Part shown: in pieces, positions 31,129 to 36,313 of the stretch | Position numbering within the stretch: the stretch's first letter is position 1 | Layout: each line of letters starts with the position of its first letter | From: Opitutaceae bacterium | GTDB lineage: Bacteria; Verrucomicrobiota; Verrucomicrobiia; Opitutales; Opitutaceae | Assembly: GCA_046704925.1 (NCBI GenBank) | Contig: JBJKRD010000500.1 | Location: forward strand, 1-36,313 | Direction: 5' to 3' | DNA length: 36,313 nt | Program-made: the position numbers and the translations under genes | Notes under the pieces: generated by a model | What the model was told of the DNA's origin: nothing | What the model saw: the letters and a program-made list of their open reading frames with translations, nothing else | Databases searched by the model: none

Positions 31129-32727
31129 TCACTTCGGGTTATCCGCCCGGTCCGGCTGGTCGCCCAAGGGATTGTCCTCCGGTTTTGGCGGCGCGCCGGC
31201 GTGGCCGCGCGGGCCGATGACGGTCTTGAACAAATCCGAACGCCGGTCCAACCGCGGCGTCACAGTGCCGGAGCCTCGGGATTGGGTCAAAAGATCCAGA
31301 TCAACGTCGCAGATCAGCAGCGTCTCTTCATTGTCGGCCGCCTCGGCGGCGATGCCGTCGCGGGCAAATGGGAAATCGGAAGGCGTGAGCACGGCGGCCT
31401 GGGCATACTGAATATCCATATTGGTCACGTCGGGCAGGTTGCCGACGTTGCCCGCCAGGGCGATGTAGATCTGGTTCTCGATCGCCCGGGCCTGGGCGCA
31501 ATAGCGGACGCGCAGATATCCCTGCCGGTTGTCGGTGCAGAAGGGAACGAAGATCAGCTCCGCGCCCTCGTCCGCCAGATGCCGCGCGGCCTCGGGAAAC
31601 TCGATGTCGTAGCAGATCAATACCCCGATGCGGGCCTTCGGGGTGTCGATCACCTGCAGGCCGCGGCCGCCCCGGATGCCCCACCAGTAGCGTTCGTTCG
31701 GGGTGATGTGCAGCTTGTCCTGCGCGATCATGGTGCCGTCGGGCAGACAAGTGTGGCAGCGATTGTGCAACTGGTCGCCCTGGAACACGGGGTGGCTGCC
31801 CGCGATGATCGTCAACCCGTACTTCCGGGCGAGGTGCCGGACGGTGGCCGTGAGCTTCTCGGTCTGCTCGGCCAGCCGGTGCATGCCCTCCTTCGGCGTC
31901 AGGGCGTCAGCCGCTGACAGCAACTGGACCGAGAACAGCTCGGGAAACAAGACGAAGTCCGCGCGGTAATCGGCCGCCACATCCACGAAATACTCCACCT
32001 GCCGGGCGAAGCCGGCGAACGACTTCACCTTGCGCATCTTGTACTGCACGCAGGCGATCCGCACCTTGCGCGGACCTTCGGGCGTCGGCCGGTAGTCCGG
32101 ATTCAACCATTCGATCAACGACGCGTAGTTGTGGCTCCGCGCATCCCGCAGGTAATGCGGCATGACTCCGCGCAGGACAAATCCCTCCCGGATCTGGAAG
32201 CTAAGCACCAAATCGCGCATCTCCCCCGCCACCACCCGCTCGGCATACTCCTCCGGCGTCATGCGATCCGCATGTTCCGCATAATTCCACAACCGCCCGC
32301 CCGCCAGGATTCGTCGTTTGTTGAGCCGCCGGCAAAGCTGGCGGCGGGCTTCATAAAGCGCCGCCCCCACGCCCAGCCCCCGTGATTTGGGGTGCACGTA
32401 GACGTCGGCCCCGTAGAGGGTGTCCGCCGCCGGATCGTGGTTGGTGAAATAGCCGCTGTCCGTGATCCCCGCCCAGGTGTGGGCCCGCAACGGGTCCCGC
32501 CCCAAGTCCACAATGAGCGTGGAGACCGCCCCGACGATGTGTCCCCCGGCCTCCGCCACCAACTGTCCCTGGGGAAAGACGCGTTGGTGGCTCAGCAGAT
32601 GGGCCTCGCCCCAAACCACGTTCTCCTGGGTCAGGCGGGGATAGGAAAGCCGGTTGAGCTCGATCAGCCGGGGAATGTCGTCCCGGCTGGCATGACGGAT
32701 CTGGACACTCAATTTCGCCTTGGACAT
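31129..32727 (-). CDS. Bifunctional GNAT N-acetyltransferase / carbon-nitrogen hydrolase (nitrilase superfamily) protein
   Basis: From the ATG at 32725-32727 (MSKAKLSVQIRHASRDD...). The GNAT core is VYVHPKSRGLGVGAALYEA. The C-N hydrolase half is VRIACVQYKM, FVLFPELF (catalytic Glu) and IGVLICYDIEFPE (catalytic Cys). Confidence 0.8.
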   Translation of the reverse strand: MSKAKLSVQIRHASRDDIPRLIELNRLSYPRLTQENVVWGEAHLLSHQRVFPQGQLVAEAGGHIVGAVSTLIVDLGRDPLRAHTWAGITDSGYFTNHDPAADTLYGADVYVHPKSRGLGVGAALYEARRQLCRRLNKRRILAGGRLWNYAEHADRMTPEEYAERVVAGEMRDLVLSFQIREGFVLRGVMPHYLRDARSHNYASLIEWLNPDYRPTPEGPRKVRIACVQYKMRKVKSFAGFARQVEYFVDVAADYRADFVLFPELFSVQLLSAADALTPKEGMHRLAEQTEKLTATVRHLARKYGLTIIAGSHPVFQGDQLHNRCHTCLPDGTMIAQDKLHITPNERYWWGIRGGRGLQVIDTPKARIGVLICYDIEFPEAARHLADEGAELIFVPFCTDNRQGYLRVRYCAQARAIENQIYIALAGNVGNLPDVTNMDIQYAQAAVLTPSDFPFARDGIAAEAADNEETLLICDVDLDLLTQSRGSGTVTPRLDRRSDLFKTVIGPRGHAGAPPKPEDNPLGDQPDRADNPK

Positions 32728-32859
32728 GGGGAAGAGCGTGGCCGCCCGCCGGGGGCGGCGGTTCCACCGCCAGACCGAGGTCCGGCGGCCGCGCGCCATC
32801 ATCTGTAAGCCATTTGGGCCGCGGGCTCAAGGCCCGGGTCGCGGTCCGGCCGCGGAGCA

Positions 32860-33558
32860 TCAGCTCTTCCGCCGCTCCTCTTCTCCTTCGGGCCGCCGTG
32901 ACCGACGAAACCGTTCGTCCCACATCGTTTCCACGGCGTGCCGGCTGCCCAGGCCAAAGGCCAGGACAAAACTCAGGGCCAGCGCGCCAAATGCGATCAG
33001 GAAGGCACCGGTGACAATGGTCACGGCAATCTGCAGCTCCACCAGGGCGATGGCGCAGGCCACCACGAGGATCGCCGCACGCACCAACCGCGCCGCCAGT
33101 CGGGCCCGGTCAAATTCCTCCTGGTACAGCGCCCGCTGCACCGAGCGCGACACGCCCGAGGCGACGCCCCAGCCGACCACCAGGACGACGAACGCCAGAA
33201 GCAGCCGCGGAACCAGCTCCACGAACCGCTGCAGCAACTCCGAAAGCACGGTCAGCTTCCAGATGAGGATCGCGTTCTCGAGGAACACCAGGAACGTCAG
33301 CACCCCGGCCGCCGTACCCACAAAACTGAATAACGAGCGGCGCACGTCGCCCTTCTCAAGGGCCCGCCCCCAGCGGAGCCGCACCACCACCCGGTCCAGT
33401 CGGAGTAGGACCAGGATGCGGACGGTTACCGCCGAGACGATCCAGGCCGCCACCGCCCCCAACACCAACACCACCAGGCCCGCCAGCAACGTCGGCAGGT
33501 AGGCCACCAGATGGGCCATCACATCGTGCAGCGATTCAAACGCCTTGGTCTCTTGCAT
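32860..33558 (-). CDS. Multi-pass membrane protein, conserved TM-helix-repeat / mechanosensitive-channel-related
   Basis: From the ATG at 33556-33558 (MQETKAFESLHDVMAHLVAYLPTLLAGLVVLVLGAVAAWIV...). It has repeated hydrophobic helices, each followed by a short charged segment. The family call is from memory and is tentative. Confidence 0.5.
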   Translation of the reverse strand: MQETKAFESLHDVMAHLVAYLPTLLAGLVVLVLGAVAAWIVSAVTVRILVLLRLDRVVVRLRWGRALEKGDVRRSLFSFVGTAAGVLTFLVFLENAILIWKLTVLSELLQRFVELVPRLLLAFVVLVVGWGVASGVSRSVQRALYQEEFDRARLAARLVRAAILVVACAIALVELQIAVTIVTGAFLIAFGALALSFVLAFGLGSRHAVETMWDERFRRSRRPEGEEERRKS

Positions 33559-33571
33559 AACGCCTTTCCGT

Positions 33572-35803
33572 TCAACGCATCCATCGCTTCGGTTGCGCCG
33601 CCATCTCGTGAACCGTGATGACCGGCTTGTTGGTGCGGTCGGCCAATTCCTGGGGCAGGGCATAGCCCAGCAGTTGCTCGATCAACCCGGCCTCGCTGCC
33701 GCCCATGACAATAAGCTCGGCCTCGTGCGATTCGCGCAGCAAACCGGTGACAATGTCGCCGGCCTTGACCACCTTTTGTTCGCCGCCGACAAAACGGTCG
33801 CCAAGCGCCCGGGCCAAATCCTCGTCTGCCTGCTGCATATCCCGGCCGTCCGCGACCCGCGGCAGCACGTGCACGACCCGCACGCGGGCCCCGAAGCCAT
33901 GGGCGAACAACTGCGCCACGTCGGCGGCCAACCGGGTGTGCGGCCCGGCTTCGTAGGCGAACAGGATCTCCCGGATCCGCGCCGGCCAGCGCTCCGCCGT
34001 CACCACCACGACCTGGGCCGGAGATTCGCGCACCACCCGGTCCACCGTCGTGGCCGCGAAGCGCTCCACCAGGTTCGGATGGCGCTCGCGGCCCATCACG
34101 ATCAAATTGCACTGCTCCTCGAGCACCGTCTCGGTGATGCCGTACGACACCCGGTGGGAGATCCGCACCACCGCCTTGGCGGGAAGGCCGTCCCGCACCA
34201 ATTCCTCCTGCAGGTGATCCAGCATCCCCCGCGTCTCGTCGACCCGGTCCAAGCCCCGCGCCAGCATCTCCCGGTCGGCCACCTCCACCACCGACAGCAG
34301 CACGAGTTCGCCGTCGTAGTGGCGGGCCATCGCCCCCGCCACATTGACGATGGTCCGCCCGTGGCTCGGGTTCCCGATGCAGGCCAGGATCCGGTATTCC
34401 TTGCGTTCCGCCGCCTCCCGCGCCTCGACCAGTTGTCCGTAAGCGCGGTCCCGTTTGCGGGCATACCCGTAATACACAACCAGGCCAACCCCGATCCACA
34501 CCCCTGCGCTGAGCCAGGCCTTCGGACTGTAGAAGAACAGAAAGACCGCGAGGGTCAGCTGTAGCGCGATCCCCACGATGGGCACCCAGGGAACCAGCGG
34601 CACCCGGAAGCCGCGGCGCAGGTGCGGACGGTGTCTGCGCAGGGCGATGAGCACCATCAGCACCTGGATGAACAGCAGCAGGAACATGATGTCCGCCGCG
34701 CTGGCCACGGCCTCGATCGGGAGAACCACCGCCATGAAGGCCACCAGCACGGCCGAAGCCAGGATCGCCCAGTGCGGCGTCTTGCGGATCGGATGCACCT
34801 TGCCGAACCACGCCGGGAGGTTGCGGTCGCGCCCCATCGCAAAGGACACCCGCGAGGACGAATAGATCGTCGCGTTCAGCGCGCTCATGGTCGAGAGGAT
34901 GCCGCCCACGAGGATCATCACGCCGCCCCCGCGGAAAAACTGTCCGGCGACCTCGACCAATGCCGTCTCCTTCTTCAACCCCAGAAACTCCCACGGCGCC
35001 ATTCCCGTCGTTCGCACCGCGCCCAGCGCGGCGAACCCCACGAGCAGGTAGATGGGCACCACAATCAGCAGCGAGAGAAAGATCGCCCGCGGCACGCTCC
35101 GCTCCGGGTCCCGCACCTCCTCGCTGCATTGGGCGATGATCTCGTAGCCTTCAAAGGCGATGAAGGTGAGGCCCATGGCGATGAATACGTGTCCGAGACC
35201 GTGGGGCAGAAAATTGTCGGTGAACCGCGCCGACCAGTCGGGCCGCTGCAGGGTGGCCCAGATGCCGAACCCGATGAACACCGCCAGCACGGCGAGCTTG
35301 GCCGTCGTCACGATGTTGCCCGCTCCACCCGTCTCCGACGCCCCGCGGTAGTTGACGTAGGCAAACAACGCCACCACCGCCACCGCGAGCCACTTTTCCA
35401 CGCCCAAGCCAAACAGGGGGATTGCCGGCAGCCCCAGCAGCGGCAGCACCTCCTTGAAATACGCTCCGAAGCCCAGCGCATACAGCGAACACGCCACGGC
35501 GTGGGCGAACCAGGACATCCAGCCGCTCATGAAGCCCTGCGGGTCCTTCAGCCCGGTTTTCACCCACAGGTATCCGCCGCCCGCGTCGTGAAAACACGAA
35601 CCGAGCTCCGCATACGCCGCCGCGGCAAACAGGGTCACAAATCCGTTCAGGAGAAACGCCAGCAGCAGCCCCGGCCCCGCCACCCCGGCGGCAATGCCCG
35701 TCAAGACGAAGATCCCGGCGCCAATCATGGCGCCCACGCCGATCATCGTGATATCCCGCAGCCGCATTTCGCGACTGAGGCGGACCTCGGATCCCGATGC
35801 CAT
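33572..35803 (-). CDS. APC-family amino acid permease fused to tandem universal-stress-protein (UspA) domains (743 aa)
   Basis: The N-terminal roughly 450 aa has about 12 TM helices (ITMIGVGAMIGAGIFVLTG, FEGYEIIAQCSEEV). The C-terminus carries two Usp-like repeats (ILACIGNPSHGR...LIVMGRE and ILFAYEAGPH...LIVMGGS). Confidence 0.85.
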   Translation of the reverse strand: MASGSEVRLSREMRLRDITMIGVGAMIGAGIFVLTGIAAGVAGPGLLLAFLLNGFVTLFAAAAYAELGSCFHDAGGGYLWVKTGLKDPQGFMSGWMSWFAHAVACSLYALGFGAYFKEVLPLLGLPAIPLFGLGVEKWLAVAVVALFAYVNYRGASETGGAGNIVTTAKLAVLAVFIGFGIWATLQRPDWSARFTDNFLPHGLGHVFIAMGLTFIAFEGYEIIAQCSEEVRDPERSVPRAIFLSLLIVVPIYLLVGFAALGAVRTTGMAPWEFLGLKKETALVEVAGQFFRGGGVMILVGGILSTMSALNATIYSSSRVSFAMGRDRNLPAWFGKVHPIRKTPHWAILASAVLVAFMAVVLPIEAVASAADIMFLLLFIQVLMVLIALRRHRPHLRRGFRVPLVPWVPIVGIALQLTLAVFLFFYSPKAWLSAGVWIGVGLVVYYGYARKRDRAYGQLVEAREAAERKEYRILACIGNPSHGRTIVNVAGAMARHYDGELVLLSVVEVADREMLARGLDRVDETRGMLDHLQEELVRDGLPAKAVVRISHRVSYGITETVLEEQCNLIVMGRERHPNLVERFAATTVDRVVRESPAQVVVVTAERWPARIREILFAYEAGPHTRLAADVAQLFAHGFGARVRVVHVLPRVADGRDMQQADEDLARALGDRFVGGEQKVVKAGDIVTGLLRESHEAELIVMGGSEAGLIEQLLGYALPQELADRTNKPVITVHEMAAQPKRWMR

Positions 35804-35927
35804 AGGCTTCGGCCGCGATCGTCGGCGCTCCTTCCGTCCACTTCAAACGCAAAAGCTGGCCGCGCCCCGGCACCGCGACCGCCTCCGGCCTTGCTCCCCC
35901 CGGGAAAAAGGCGATCACTGCTTCCCG

Positions 35928-36313
35928 ATGTCCGGCTCCTACGCCTACACGCCCCTCCTCATCGTCGTCGGACTCGCCTTCGTGGTGCCCCTTTTGCTTT
36001 CGCGGTTCAAGCGGGTGCGCCTGCCGCTGGTCGTGGGGGAGATTCTGGCCGGCATTCTCGTCGGCCGCAGCGGTTTCGGCCTGGTCCAGCATGAAAGCCC
36101 CCTGCTGCACCTGCTGGCCCAGCTGGGCTTCGTGTTTCTGATGTTCCTGGCAGGCATGGAGGTGGATTTCTCCAGCCTCGTTCTTTCCCGCCCCGGCCGC
36201 GGCGGACGCCGCCGCGGCCCCCTCGTCATCGCGACCCTGAGTTTCGGGCTGACGCTCGCGGCTTCGGCGCTGGTGGGATTCTCCGCCTACCGGTCGGGCC
36301 TGGTGCGCAACCC
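35928..36313 (+). CDS. Cation:proton antiporter (CPA/Kef-NhaP type), 5' partial, runs off the window
   Basis: It is absent from the ORF track because no stop is reached. Hand translation from the ATG at 35928 gives MSGSYAYTPLLIVVGLAFVVPLLLSRFKRVRLPLVVGEILAGILVGRSGFGLV...LAQLGFVFLMFLAGMEVDF, the N-terminal Na+/H+-exchanger signature. Confidence 0.8.
   Translation, partial: MSGSYAYTPLLIVVGLAFVVPLLLSRFKRVRLPLVVGEILAGILVGRSGFGLVQHESPLLHLLAQLGFVFLMFLAGMEVDFSSLVLSRPGRGGRRRGPLVIATLSFGLTLAASALVGFSAYRSGLVRN

Overview
High-GC bacterial chromosomal segment that is almost entirely coding and mostly housekeeping. Spot counts of single 60-nt lines give about 60-67% G+C in most genes. The SWIB-domain gene and overall gene content suggest a PVC/Verrucomicrobia-like organism, but that is only a guess. 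Left to right: (1) a tightly packed minus-strand operon of a small TM ORF, an SPFH/band-7 protein, DUF1737, a 2-TM PH-domain protein and an Arc-like RHH protein; (2) a SWIB/MDM2-domain gene; (3) a heterodimeric ABC exporter pair joined by a GTGA start/stop overlap; (4) an NAD-malic enzyme; (5) gltB-gltD; (6) a monothiol glutaredoxin-like gene; (7) a UDP-glucuronate-4-epimerase-like gene; (8) recA; (9) mnmE and mnmG; (10) a PhoB/PhoR-like two-component pair; (11) trmB; (12) a complete F-type ATP synthase operon atpBEFHAGDC; (13) a minus-strand cluster of an APC permease-Usp fusion, a TM-helix-repeat protein, a GNAT/C-N-hydrolase fusion and a LapA-like protein; (14) a partial cation/H+ antiporter running off the right edge, which is missing from the ORF track. 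No rRNA, tRNA, CRISPR array or mobile element was recognised. The main oddity is that two normally indispensable genes, atpD and mnmG, each carry one in-frame nonsense codon (TAA and TAG) at a position that aligns with a residue. Neither has an indel, and both stops are followed by AAC. TAA and TAG act as ordinary terminators in neighbouring genes. Other points worth a second look: a G+C trough over mnmG and the response regulator that contains one perfect DnaA box and an 11-bp-phased direct repeat; a 12-bp GC hairpin plus T-run between atpE and atpF; and the uncharacterised SPFH/DUF1737/PH/Arc gene combination. All family calls come from reading the translated ORFs and from memory of the families. 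No database search was run.
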